From Planctomycetota bacterium (lineage in GTDB: Bacteria > Planctomycetota > UBA1135 > GCA-002748355): a DNA stretch of 64,000 nt. The stretch is from assembly GCA_002748355.1 (NCBI GenBank), contig PDSF01000029.1, forward strand, positions 110,262 through 174,261, in the 5' to 3' direction. Of this stretch, positions 44,772-53,976 are shown in pieces. The notes beneath the pieces were generated by a model. That model was not told the DNA's origin. It was given only the letters and a program-made list of their open reading frames with translations, and made no database searches. The number at the start of each line of letters is the position of its first letter. Positions within the stretch are counted from its first letter, which is position 1. The position numbers and the translations under genes were made by a program.

Positions 44772-45552
44772 ATTTGAGGTCCTCCACGACCTGAGCTTTG
44801 ACGCTCAGCGCGGCGAGATCGTCGGCGTCGTCGGGCCCAATGGCTCGGGCAAATCGAGCCTGTTCCGCAGCCTTCTTGGCCTCGAAGCAGCCCGCGGCGA
44901 TGTGCGCCTGCTGGGGCTGCGCCCCGGTGCCCGCGAACTGCGCAAACGCATCGGCAGCAGCTCGGACGAGGGCTTGCCCTTCCCGGAATTCACCGCATTG
45001 GAGCTGCTCACCCTGGACGGGAGCCTGTCCGGCCAGCCACTGCACAGCGCCAAGGCCAAGGCCGAGGCCATGCTCGAACGCGTCGGACTCACCGATGCCC
45101 GGCGGCGACGGCATGGAGAATTCTCCAGCGGCATGCAGAAACGCCTGGCCCTGGCCCATGCCCTGCTCCTGGAGCCGGAGATCCTCCTCCTGGATGAGCC
45201 AACCGCCAACCTTGACCCCATCGGCATCCGCCTCGTCGCTGAGGAGCTAGGCAAGTTCCAGGAGCAAGGCGGCTGCGCCCTGGTCGCGACACACGGGCTG
45301 GAGGATTTCCCCGGGCTCTTCTCCCGCCTACTGGTCCTGCTTGAGGGGCGCCGCATCGCCTTTGGCAGCCCCGAGCAGGTGCTTGGAGAGCTCGATCGCT
45401 TCGAGCTGCGTTTAGAAAGCAACGACAGGGAGCTGCTCGCGAGCCTGGCGCAGAAGGCGAGCCAACAGGGCATCACCGGACAAAAGCTTGGCCCGCTCCA
45501 GCGCAGCCTCGGCAAGATGCTGGCCGAAGCCCAGGAACGAGCGGCGCCATGA
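44629..45552 (+). CDS. ABC transporter ATP-binding protein
   Basis: Walker A GPNGSGKSS, signature FSSGMQKRLALA, Walker B LLLDEPTANLD. The first ATG is at 44629; the track start at 44617 is a TTG in the same frame. Confidence 0.85.
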   Translation: MQGLSNDDREEAPGAGAGTDPTQAAVWVSGLSLSYQRSRLGGLLGRGRFEVLHDLSFDAQRGEIVGVVGPNGSGKSSLFRSLLGLEAARGDVRLLGLRPGARELRKRIGSSSDEGLPFPEFTALELLTLDGSLSGQPLHSAKAKAEAMLERVGLTDARRRRHGEFSSGMQKRLALAHALLLEPEILLLDEPTANLDPIGIRLVAEELGKFQEQGGCALVATHGLEDFPGLFSRLLVLLEGRRIAFGSPEQVLGELDRFELRLESNDRELLASLAQKASQQGITGQKLGPLQRSLGKMLAEAQERAAP

Positions 45553-46643
45553 GCAGCTGGCCGGTCCTGATTCGCTGCCTCGTCCGGGGGCTAGAGCTGT
45601 CCTCCTGGCTCATCCTCGGCGCCGGCGCCTTTCTGGCCCTGCTTCTGGGGCGGGATTTCGGTGCCCGCGGAGCCGAAGAGCAGTTCGGCCTCCTCGCCCA
45701 GCCGCTGTCCTGGCTCCCCCTCCTCGCCGTGCTCTGCGCCGCAGCGCAGGCTCTCCGCGTCTGGCCGGCACATTCGCCGAGCCAGCCCGGCTACCGCAGC
45801 CTTTGGCTCATGGGCGCGCCGATCGCCCGCTGCCGAGTCGCGGCCTGGCTCGGGGGCATGGCGGCGGGTCTGCTGCTCCTCGCCGGGGCGGGGCTGCTGC
45901 TCTTCCTCAACTTGCTCGGGCAGCCACATCCGGACTTCGCCCGTGCCTTTCAGGCCCGCTTTGCTGACGTCTTGGGCCGGACTCCCTGGATCTCTCGCCC
46001 TGGCGAATTCCAAGAGCTACGGGTGCCCAAGCTCCAGCAAGCGCGCCGACTCCGGCTGGAGCCGCTCTATGTCTTCGCCAGCCGGGAGCTGGCCGACTCC
46101 TGGGCGCCGGTGCAGGTGGAGGTCCTGGCCCTTGGCCTCGACGCAAGGTCGCAGGAGCCGCTGCGGCTGGGCAAGCTCACGCTGGCGGAACCGGGGGCCA
46201 GGCTCGATCTGGAGCTTCCTCCCGAGCTGCCCACGCCCTGCGCCATCCGCCTGGTGCGAGAGCCCGGGCCGCTGAGTTTCTCCGTTTCCTTCGAACTGGG
46301 TACCGCCACGGTCGAGCATGAACGGGTCGCGACCTGGCGCGCCAGCATCGAACTGGGGCTGCAATATGCGCCCTGGCTCGCCCTGGTGCTGTCGCTGGCC
46401 TTTCTGGTCGCCCGCTTTGCACCACCGGCCCTGAGTCCCTTCGCCTGGCTGCTCGTGCTGCCGGCCCTGGCCTCGCTCCCCGGACTCGAAACCCCAGCGA
46501 CCCTGCGCTCGCTCCTACTCGGACAGGTCCCGAGCTGGGCCCAGCTTGGACGTGAGCCCTGGCTGATCGCCGGAGCCCTGCTCTTGGTCTCGCTGCTGCC
46601 GGCCCGGCCGCGAGTGGCTGCTGCGGACAGGAGTGGCGCATGA
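45549..46643 (+). CDS. ABC transporter-associated polytopic membrane protein (putative permease)
   Basis: 364-aa ORF with TM clusters at both ends and a central soluble domain of ~150 aa. ATGA overlap with the ATPase gene. Confidence 0.5.
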   Translation: MSSWPVLIRCLVRGLELSSWLILGAGAFLALLLGRDFGARGAEEQFGLLAQPLSWLPLLAVLCAAAQALRVWPAHSPSQPGYRSLWLMGAPIARCRVAAWLGGMAAGLLLLAGAGLLLFLNLLGQPHPDFARAFQARFADVLGRTPWISRPGEFQELRVPKLQQARRLRLEPLYVFASRELADSWAPVQVEVLALGLDARSQEPLRLGKLTLAEPGARLDLELPPELPTPCAIRLVREPGPLSFSVSFELGTATVEHERVATWRASIELGLQYAPWLALVLSLAFLVARFAPPALSPFAWLLVLPALASLPGLETPATLRSLLLGQVPSWAQLGREPWLIAGALLLVSLLPARPRVAAADRSGA

Positions 46644-47464
46644 AGCTTCACAAGCCGCACAAACGCCTCGCCCTCGGCGCATTGCTCCTCGGTGTTGCCG
46701 CTGGAGGAATCTCCCTGTCCAAACCTCGCCCGGTCGCGGCCACCGAGATACTACAGAGCACGGGACTACTCCGCGGGCTCGCCGTGCCCTTCCTCTGGAC
46801 CGGGTTAGGCGATGCCGCCCAGAAAGGAGAGCTCCGCCAAGCGCTGAATCTCGGCCGACTCCTGCTGCGAGTCGTCCCAGAATACGAAATGCTCTGGCAG
46901 GCCCTGGCCCTGCGCTACGCCTACCAATTGCCCCTGGCCAAGAGCAGCCCAGAGCGGGAGGCTGGCCGCCTCATGGAAGCCCTGGTGATCCTCGAAGAGG
47001 CGGGGCGCCGCTGGCCCCATCGGGCAGAGCCGCGCTCCCTGGCCGCCTTCCTGCTCTACGACCGCTGCCTGGGCCAGGGGGCCGCAGCGCAGGCCCGGCG
47101 CCGCGCTTTCGAAGAGCTAAGCGGCCTCGACACCGAGCAACAGGCGGCCAAGCTACTCGCAGCGGCGGGTCGCATTCGCGGCGCGCCGCTCGCGGTCGAC
47201 GCACTCGCTCCCCAGCTGGCGCTCTCGACCCTGGCCCGGGGCGAACGCCAACTCGCAGCTCAGCTGCTGGAGCGGGCCGCCTCACTCTTGGCCGAATTCC
47301 CCGAGCCGGACCCAGCAGAGAGAGCCGAGGAGGAGATTCGCCGGCAGCTGTACCAGCGATTCGCCCGATGGCTGCGAGAGAACCCCTCCGCAGAACTGCC
47401 GCCCCAACTCCTGGAAGAGCTTCGGGAGGCCAGGCCAAGTGACCGATCCAAGGAAGATAGGTAG
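46640..47464 (+). CDS. hypothetical N-terminally anchored helical protein
   Basis: 274-aa ORF with TM LALGALLLGVAAGGISL. ATGA overlap with the permease-like gene. The remainder looks helical, possibly TPR-like. Confidence 0.45.
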   Translation: MKLHKPHKRLALGALLLGVAAGGISLSKPRPVAATEILQSTGLLRGLAVPFLWTGLGDAAQKGELRQALNLGRLLLRVVPEYEMLWQALALRYAYQLPLAKSSPEREAGRLMEALVILEEAGRRWPHRAEPRSLAAFLLYDRCLGQGAAAQARRRAFEELSGLDTEQQAAKLLAAAGRIRGAPLAVDALAPQLALSTLARGERQLAAQLLERAASLLAEFPEPDPAERAEEEIRRQLYQRFARWLRENPSAELPPQLLEELREARPSDRSKEDR

Positions 47465-47552
47465 GACGAAGCCGCTCAGCGGCTTATCGTCACCCGTCGC
47501 CGAGCATTCATGAGGAGTAGGCCCCCTGCTTGAGAGTTTCGTCGAGCTCTGC

Positions 47553-48437
47553 TTGGAGTACCCCGAGTACCCCTACCTGATCATCTTCGGGATCCTGCTG
47601 CTCTGCGGAGTCGGCTTGCCGTTGCCCGAGGAGATCATCGCCATCGGCTCTGGCTACCTGAGCGCGAAGTACCCGGAGCTTGTACACCCCTGGATCGGCT
47701 GGGGCGTCATCGTCGGCTCGATCCTCATTAGTGACTCGATCCCGTTCTCGCTCGGCAAAGCCTTCGGCCCGCGGCTGCTGCGCCTGCGCCTGATGCGAAG
47801 CTGGATGCATCAAGAGCGGCTCGCTTCCTTCGACTCCTGGTTCAGGAATCACGGCAACAAGACCATCCTGATCTCGCGTTTCTTGCCCGGGATCCGGGTG
47901 CCGGCCTTCTTCACCGCCGGCTGCATGGGCGTCAGCTACCTGCGCTTCCTGATCCTGAACGGCCTGGGCGCCCTGATCAGCTCCGGGGCCTTCATCTTCC
48001 TCGGTAACCGCTTCAGCAACCAAATCGACCAGGTCGTGGACTGGGTCCAGGGCACCGAGCGGGGCCTGCTGATCATCCTCGGTGTCGGCGGCGCCCTCTT
48101 CTTGGCTTGGTGGATGTGGAAGAGCCACCGGCGCCGCAAGCTCCTGGGCGAGGATATCCGTGAGACCTTCGTCGAGCCGACCCGGCGTCGGCACGAGGTC
48201 CACATCCTCCCCTCGGCGCGCCGTCCCTTTGGACCACCGCCACCGCCGGAGATCGCCGCTCGCATCCAGAAGCGCCAAGACGAAGCGGACGGTGCGGAAG
48301 AGCCGGGCGAGGAAGCTCCCAAACGCACTGACGAAGCCCCGCGCAGCGGCATCGCTTCGAACCCTGCCAGCACCCGAGCAACGAGGGCACCGTCGAGCAA
48401 GCCTCAGGCCCAAGGCGGCGGTGGCAAGCAAGCTTGA
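47553..48437 (+). CDS. DedA/SNARE-associated family membrane protein with a disordered basic/Pro-rich C-terminal tail
   Basis: 294-aa ORF with a TTG start. DedA motifs GVGLPLPEEIIAIGSGYL and ISRFLPGIRVPAFFTAG are present. Confidence 0.75.
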   Translation: MEYPEYPYLIIFGILLLCGVGLPLPEEIIAIGSGYLSAKYPELVHPWIGWGVIVGSILISDSIPFSLGKAFGPRLLRLRLMRSWMHQERLASFDSWFRNHGNKTILISRFLPGIRVPAFFTAGCMGVSYLRFLILNGLGALISSGAFIFLGNRFSNQIDQVVDWVQGTERGLLIILGVGGALFLAWWMWKSHRRRKLLGEDIRETFVEPTRRRHEVHILPSARRPFGPPPPPEIAARIQKRQDEADGAEEPGEEAPKRTDEAPRSGIASNPASTRATRAPSSKPQAQGGGGKQA

Positions 48438-48672
48438 GCCTCCCAAAGCGTGCCGCTAGTCTCCGAACCCTCCCTATATGCATTCGGGCCCGGATTCCGT
48501 CTACAAGGCCCGCTCCCACAGGTGCCGGATGCGGCTCGGCCTACTGGACCAAAAGCGAGGGTCGCCCTTCGGCCGATACTCCGAACGTGTATGCCCGAGC
48601 CAGCTCAGGAGCCATGAGCAGCTCTCTCTTACGCAACGACCCGACTGACACACTCTTCCCCGAGGAACCCCG

Positions 48673-50769
48673 ATGACGTTCTGGACGATCCTGGCGCTCA
48701 TCCTCTCCATGCTTGCACTGTTCTATGCGTGGACGCTGCAGCAAAAAATCATGGTGGAGGACGAAGGCAACGACACCATGCAGAGAATCGCCCGCCAGAT
48801 CCAGGCGGGCGCCATGGCCTTCCTCAAGACCGAATACAAATGGCTGAGCCTCTTCGTCATCGTCGTCGCTGCGGTGATGTCTGCCGTGCCAGCGCTCGGC
48901 TGGAGGACAGCTATCGCCTTTATCTGCGGCGCCTTCGCCTCCGGCCTCGCTGGCTGGATCGGCATGCACACGGCGACCCGGGCTGCCGTGCGCACCACAC
49001 AGGCCGCGCGCTCGGGCCTCTCCAAGGCACTCGACATCGCCTTCTCCTCAGGCACCGTCATGGGGCTTTGCGTCGTCGGCCTCGGCCTGGGCGGCATCAC
49101 CATCCTCTCGATCATCTACGGTAGGACGGCGGCAGACCTCGAGAGCGTCCTCGGCTTCTCCTTCGGTGCCTCGTCCATCGCCCTCTTCGCTCGCGTAGGC
49201 GGCGGCATCTTCACCAAGGCCGCCGACGTCGGCGCCGACCTCGTCGGCAAGGTCGAAGCGGGCATCCCAGAAGATGATCCTCGCAACCCTGCGGTCATCG
49301 CTGACAACGTCGGCGACAACGTCGGTGATGTTGCCGGCATGGGCGCAGACCTCTTCGAGTCCTACGTCGGCTCGATCCTGGCAACGATGATCATGGGAGC
49401 GGTCATCCATTCGGGCGAGCTGCAGCCGTTCACACACGGCACATACAGCCACCTACTCGTGATCTACCCAATCGTCCTAGCCAGTCTCGGCATCGTGGCC
49501 TCGGTCGCAGGCACCCTCCTCGTCACGACCAACGACGAGAAGAAGCTGGGCCAAGCTCTCCACAATGGCCTGCTCGGCGCCTCCGGCGTCTTGATCGTGC
49601 TCATGGCCATCGCAACCCTCCTCGTGGGCCCCGCGATTTACAGCAAGGGGCTGAACGGCCCGGAACTCCTCTACGGCCCGTGGGACATCTTCCTCTCCAT
49701 GCTCATTGGCCTCATGGTCGGCGTCCTGATCGGCAACGTCACCGAGTACTACACCTCCGAGAAGAAGGCGCCGGTTCAAGAGATCGCCCGCCAGTCACAG
49801 ACTGGCTCCGCGACCAATATCATTCACGGCCTCGCAACCGGCATGGGCTCGACCTGGCTACCCATCATCCTGATCGCGGTCGGGATCTTCTTCGCCCACC
49901 AGCTCGCCGGGGTCTACGGCATCTCGCTGGCCGCCGTCGGCATGCTCTCGACCTTGGGCATCTCGCTGGGCATCGACGCCTTTGGTCCGGTCGCTGACAA
50001 CGCCGGTGGCCTCGCGGAAATGGCCAGCCTGGATCCGGAAGTTCGCCAGCGCACCGACGCCCTCGACGCAACCGGCAACACCACCGCTGCCATCGGCAAG
50101 GGCTTCGCCATCGGCTCCGCGGCTCTGACCGCACTGGCCCTGTTCAACACCTACGGCGCCAAGGCCCAGGTTGAAGCAGCAGCCGTCGGCGGCAGCTTCA
50201 ACCTCGATGTATCCAACCCGACCGTGATGATCGGCCTCTTCATCGGCGGCATGCTGCCCTTCTTCTTCAGCTCAATGGCGATGAAGGCGGTCGGCTCTGC
50301 AGCCAACAAGATGATCGAAGAGGTCCGGCGGCAGTTCCGTGACATCAAGGGTCTGCTTGAGGGCGAAGCCGAGCCAGAAGCCGCCAAGTGCGTCGAAATC
50401 GCAACCGCCGGCTCGATCAGGCAAATGGTTGCCCCCGGCATGCTCGCCGTCCTCGCCCCCATCGCCATGGGCCTGCTTCTAGGTATGTCCGCTGTCGGCG
50501 GCCTCCTTGTTGGCGCACTGATCTCTGGCGTCATGATGGCGCTCTTTATGGCCAACGCTGGTGGCGCCTGGGACAATGCCAAGAAGTTCATCGAGAGCGG
50601 TGAATTGGGAGGCAAGGGCAGCGAGCCGCACAAGGCAGCGATCGTCGGCGACACCGTCGGTGATCCGTTCAAGGACACGGCAGGCCCGGCGATCAACATC
50701 CTGATCAAGCTGATGACGATCGTCGCCCTTGTTTTCCTCCCCCTCTTCGCAAGCCCACTACTGGGCTAA
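48673..50769 (+). CDS. hppA: membrane-bound proton/sodium-translocating pyrophosphatase
   Basis: 698-aa polytopic ORF. Hallmark motifs [29 protein letters not shown] and [13 protein letters not shown]. Confidence 0.92.
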   Translation: MTFWTILALILSMLALFYAWTLQQKIMVEDEGNDTMQRIARQIQAGAMAFLKTEYKWLSLFVIVVAAVMSAVPALGWRTAIAFICGAFASGLAGWIGMHTATRAAVRTTQAARSGLSKALDIAFSSGTVMGLCVVGLGLGGITILSIIYGRTAADLESVLGFSFGASSIALFARVGGGIFTKAADVGADLVGKVEAGIPEDDPRNPAVIADNVGDNVGDVAGMGADLFESYVGSILATMIMGAVIHSGELQPFTHGTYSHLLVIYPIVLASLGIVASVAGTLLVTTNDEKKLGQALHNGLLGASGVLIVLMAIATLLVGPAIYSKGLNGPELLYGPWDIFLSMLIGLMVGVLIGNVTEYYTSEKKAPVQEIARQSQTGSATNIIHGLATGMGSTWLPIILIAVGIFFAHQLAGVYGISLAAVGMLSTLGISLGIDAFGPVADNAGGLAEMASLDPEVRQRTDALDATGNTTAAIGKGFAIGSAALTALALFNTYGAKAQVEAAAVGGSFNLDVSNPTVMIGLFIGGMLPFFFSSMAMKAVGSAANKMIEEVRRQFRDIKGLLEGEAEPEAAKCVEIATAGSIRQMVAPGMLAVLAPIAMGLLLGMSAVGGLLVGALISGVMMALFMANAGGAWDNAKKFIESGELGGKGSEPHKAAIVGDTVGDPFKDTAGPAINILIKLMTIVALVFLPLFASPLLG

Positions 50770-50790
50770 GAAGCCGTTGAAGCAGCCTGC

Positions 50791-50814
50791 CTGGACGCCC
50801 AACGCGGCGTCCAG
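50791..50814. terminator. strong GC-rich hairpin between hppA and rsfS (candidate terminator or processing site)
   Basis: ctggacgcc-caacgc-ggcgtccag forms a 9-bp perfect stem with a 6-nt loop, 22 nt after the hppA stop. No U-tract follows. Confidence 0.4.
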
Positions 50815-50835
50815 AGAGCTCCACTGAGATATCGA

Positions 50836-51237
50836 ATGGTAGACAGCGAGCTACTCGTAACCCGCGCCATCCAGATCGCGCACGACAAAAAGGCCGAGAA
50901 CGTCAAAGTCCTCGACGTCTCCGAGCGTATTCAAATCGCGGATTACTTCGTGATTTGTACGGTGCAGAACCGTCGCCAGGCCCAGGCGATCTGCAGCGAG
51001 ATCGATTACGAGATGAAGCACTCCAAGGTGCCGAAGGCACGCATCGAGGGCTTCGACAGCGGCTGGTGGATCCTGCTGGATTACGACATCGTCGTGATCC
51101 ATGTCTTCCACGAGGAAGCGCGCGACTACTACGACCTCGAATCGCTCTGGGCCGATGCCACCGATATCACCGAGCGTTTTGCCTCGGCCCTGGACGCGCC
51201 AGCAGCCAAGAGCGACGACGAAGCGAACAGGGACTGA
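50836..51237 (+). CDS. rsfS: ribosome silencing factor RsfS (Iojap family)
   Basis: 133-aa ORF with AENVKVLDVSERIQIADYFVICT and WILLDYDIVVIHVFHEEARDYYDLESLW. Confidence 0.85.
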   Translation: MVDSELLVTRAIQIAHDKKAENVKVLDVSERIQIADYFVICTVQNRRQAQAICSEIDYEMKHSKVPKARIEGFDSGWWILLDYDIVVIHVFHEEARDYYDLESLWADATDITERFASALDAPAAKSDDEANRD

Positions 51238-51326
51238 GCCCCTGCCAGCTTCGGCGACAAAACACGCCCCTGCCTTCTTTCCTGCATCCAGGCCAGCGCC
51301 ATACTGCTTCGACGATTATCGCCGAG

Positions 51327-51622
51327 TTGCTGATAGAGACGCGTCGCGCCCCCGAAGGTAGCTTCTTCGATATGCCCAAACAGGTGCCCGAATCCGGCCG
51401 AGGCCAAATCGGCACCTTGGAGCAGCACAAGCGATCCATCCTGGAGAACTCTCATCCCTGGCCGAGGCGCTACTGCGCCCTTCCTATCTGGTCCGCCGTG
51501 AGGGGTTCTCCGACATCACCTACGAAACCCTCCTGTCTTTCACAGGCAGCTACAAACAATATGGCTTCTTCGTCGTCGGCTACACGCGGCGCAAGAAAGA
51601 CCAGATCCGAGACGAGTCCTGA
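51327..51622 (+). pseudogene. small ORF with an apparent -1 frameshift, stop overlapping the Clp_N gene start
   Basis: The high-GC3 coding signal runs in frame 0 from TTG 51327 or ATG 51372 (MPKQVPESGRGQIGTLEQHKRSILENSH). At about 51440-51480 it switches to frame 2 (LAEALLRPSYLVRREGFSDITYETLLSFTGSYKQYGFFVVGYTRRKKDQIRDES*). Frame 2 has no start codon. The TGA at 51620-51622 overlaps ATG 51622. Confidence 0.35.
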
Positions 51623-52083
51623 TGCTCAAAGACCTTTCCCCCCAATGCAAAGATGCCTTCGAGAAGGCCAGCGCCCTCAGCCAGGAATACGGTGAGTCTC
51701 GCATAGGGACCGCTCACCTCATCTACGGCCTGACCGGCGACCACCTCAGCCTGGGACACCGCATCTTCAATGACGTGAACATCTACCCCGAGATGTTCCG
51801 CGACCACCTCAAGAAGCTGCCGCGCGAGACGGCGGAACCGGACGAGAACGGCTGGGACCCGCGCATCATCCAAGCCTACGAACGCTCGAAGGACATCAAA
51901 AAGGCGCTGGGTGGCGGTCGCCAAATCATGACCGACCACCTGCTGATCGCGCTCTTGTCCGTGCGCTCGGGCAGCGCCTACGAGTGCATGCGTGAGTTCT
52001 CGGTCGAACCCAGCGAGATCATCAACGAAATCGTCGAAGCCATGGGCTTCGAGATCCACGAGTGCCCGGCCTGGGACGAATAA
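51622..52083 (+). CDS. stand-alone Clp N-terminal (Clp_N) double-repeat domain protein
   Basis: 153-aa ORF with two Clp_N repeats (RIGTAHLIYGLTGD and IMTDHLLIALLSVRSGSAY). There is no AAA+ module. Confidence 0.7.
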   Translation: MLKDLSPQCKDAFEKASALSQEYGESRIGTAHLIYGLTGDHLSLGHRIFNDVNIYPEMFRDHLKKLPRETAEPDENGWDPRIIQAYERSKDIKKALGGGRQIMTDHLLIALLSVRSGSAYECMREFSVEPSEIINEIVEAMGFEIHECPAWDE

Positions 52084-53912
52084 TCTCGCGGGAGCAGGCA
52101 CCGCTCTATGGCGGGCTCCTGCTCCTAGCCGGATTCCTGGCCGCGGTCCTGATCCTTGTCAGTGGCTGGGAATACGGCGCCGATGACGTCCGCTTCGTGC
52201 GTGAATACTCCACGCTCGCGGCGGACGGCGAAGTGGCCGTCGACTGGAGCCGTGTCGCGGCGGATTGGCTGGGTTCATGGGCCGGCAACCAAAACATCGA
52301 GTTCTACCGACCCGTCGTCTCGACGAGCCTGGCTCTGGACTTTGCCCTCTTCGACTTCAGCCCTGGAGCCAGCGCCGCGCTCAATGTGCTGCTGCACTTC
52401 GCCAGCGCCCTGCTGCTGTTCTTCCTGGCCCAGCGGGTCTTTCCTGATCCACGTTCAGGGCTGATTGCGGCCGCGCTTTTCGGCTGCACGCCACTCGCCC
52501 ACGAGAACCTAGCCTGGGCCGTCGGCCGCTGCGGCCTGACGACTCTCTTCGGCATCGCCGCGGCCCTCAGCTTTCTGCGCGGCTGGAGCCAAGAGAAGCG
52601 CGGCCTACGCCTGCACGCCTGGCCGCTGTTTTGGAGCATCCTCAATCTGGCGACGATGGAGTCTGCCGTCGCCTGGACTCTGTTCCCTCTGCTCTGCCTC
52701 TTGCTCCGGATGACCTTCTTCCGGCGAGAAGAGCATCCCTCGCTGCGCGAGCTCGTCCTCCTCGCCCTGCCCTACCTCGCCCTACTGCCCCTCTACCTCG
52801 GCTGGCGCGGCCTGGTCCTGACTTCGGTCTTCGGCGACAGTCCGGTCCCGATGCAGCCGCAGTCGATCGGCGACTGGCTACTAGCGCCTCTGGAGCTGCT
52901 CTACGAGAGCCTGGTGCCCAGGGATGCCACGTGGTTCCACACCAGCCTGCAGCGTCGACTCTGGCACTGGCTCTGCCTCCTGCCTCTGGGCCTGGGGCTG
53001 CTGGCGCCGCTCTGGTTCCCCAACCCCAAGAGCGCCGGCTATCGCCGGGCACTGGGGCTCCTCCTCCTTTTCTGGTTCGCGAGCCGCGTGCCCAATATGG
53101 AGCTACGCATGGGGGAGGGCCTCGAAGCGAGCCGGGCCGCCTACTACAGCTATCCGCTCCTGGCCTTGCTGCTCGGGCTGCTGCTGGCGACCTCGCGCTA
53201 CGCCTTCGGCCTCGGACTGCTCGCTGCCGTGGGCATGGCCTCCATGCTCTGGGGGCGGCTCGAAATCCGGATCACCGAAGCAGAGCACGGCCGGAAGGTC
53301 CTGCAGCGACTCGCCAACGAATGCCAAGGGCGAGAGCGAGCCCTAGCCTTCGTCAACCAGGTCAACGGCCAGCCGGGCGCCCCCTCCTACCATGCCGGCG
53401 AGCTAGCGCTGGCGCTGGCCCCACCCTTCGTCAGTAAGCGCATCGATGCTTTGAGCCTGCACCTCTTGATCGCTGGCCAACACCACGAAACCCATGTCGC
53501 CGCCGCGATCGCCGAAGCCGCCGGAGGGTTGGCTTGGTTCAAGAGCTCTCGCACTGGCGTGCGCCTGGAGTGGCCGGACCTGGCTCCCTACAGCAAGGCA
53601 GTGCCAAGGACCGGCCTCGACCTGCAGATCTCGGCGGAGGGGGAGCTGAACTTCGAAAGCACTGAGCTCCCTCCAGGCGAACTCGTCCTCTTCGTCGTGG
53701 GCGGCCCGGTGCCGCTCCGACTTTCGCTGCCGAGAAATACCCGGGTGAAGGCCTGGCCAGAAGCCGCGCGCGCGAGCTTGGCCAAATGGCGCCGACTCCT
53801 CGGTCCGGGCGCAGCCATCGCCGCAGTCGTAGAGCTGCGGCGCAAGGTGGATGACCATGACTCGGCCCTGCTTCGATCAAGCGTCTGCTTTGCGAGGCTG
53901 CCCCGCATGTGA
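52062..53912 (+). CDS. polytopic membrane protein, GT-C fold (PMT_2/TMTC/DUF1736-like) glycosyltransferase-like
   Basis: 616-aa ORF. The N-terminal pattern FYRPVVSTSLALDFALFDFSPGASAALNVLLHFASALLLFFL resembles the YRPL...H..N.LLH motif of GT-C/TMTC-like proteins, recalled from memory. About 10 TM segments are followed by a soluble tail. Confidence 0.45.
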   Translation: MPGLGRIISREQAPLYGGLLLLAGFLAAVLILVSGWEYGADDVRFVREYSTLAADGEVAVDWSRVAADWLGSWAGNQNIEFYRPVVSTSLALDFALFDFSPGASAALNVLLHFASALLLFFLAQRVFPDPRSGLIAAALFGCTPLAHENLAWAVGRCGLTTLFGIAAALSFLRGWSQEKRGLRLHAWPLFWSILNLATMESAVAWTLFPLLCLLLRMTFFRREEHPSLRELVLLALPYLALLPLYLGWRGLVLTSVFGDSPVPMQPQSIGDWLLAPLELLYESLVPRDATWFHTSLQRRLWHWLCLLPLGLGLLAPLWFPNPKSAGYRRALGLLLLFWFASRVPNMELRMGEGLEASRAAYYSYPLLALLLGLLLATSRYAFGLGLLAAVGMASMLWGRLEIRITEAEHGRKVLQRLANECQGRERALAFVNQVNGQPGAPSYHAGELALALAPPFVSKRIDALSLHLLIAGQHHETHVAAAIAEAAGGLAWFKSSRTGVRLEWPDLAPYSKAVPRTGLDLQISAEGELNFESTELPPGELVLFVVGGPVPLRLSLPRNTRVKAWPEAARASLAKWRRLLGPGAAIAAVVELRRKVDDHDSALLRSSVCFARLPRM

Positions 53913-53976
53913 TTCCCGAGGAACACGTCTCGCTGGGCCGCGTCCTTCGGCGCCACGCTCACCACAAGGAGGAATC

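Noticed and set aside
47508-48446. A 312-aa minus-strand ORF, and similar antisense ORFs at 44572..45159, 44805..45515, 33152..33742, 11476..12282 and 24689..25540.
   Set aside because: Each is antisense to a gene with recognisable family motifs (DedA, ABC ATPase, ElbB, KAS III, the 686-aa protein). None shows an independent coding signature.
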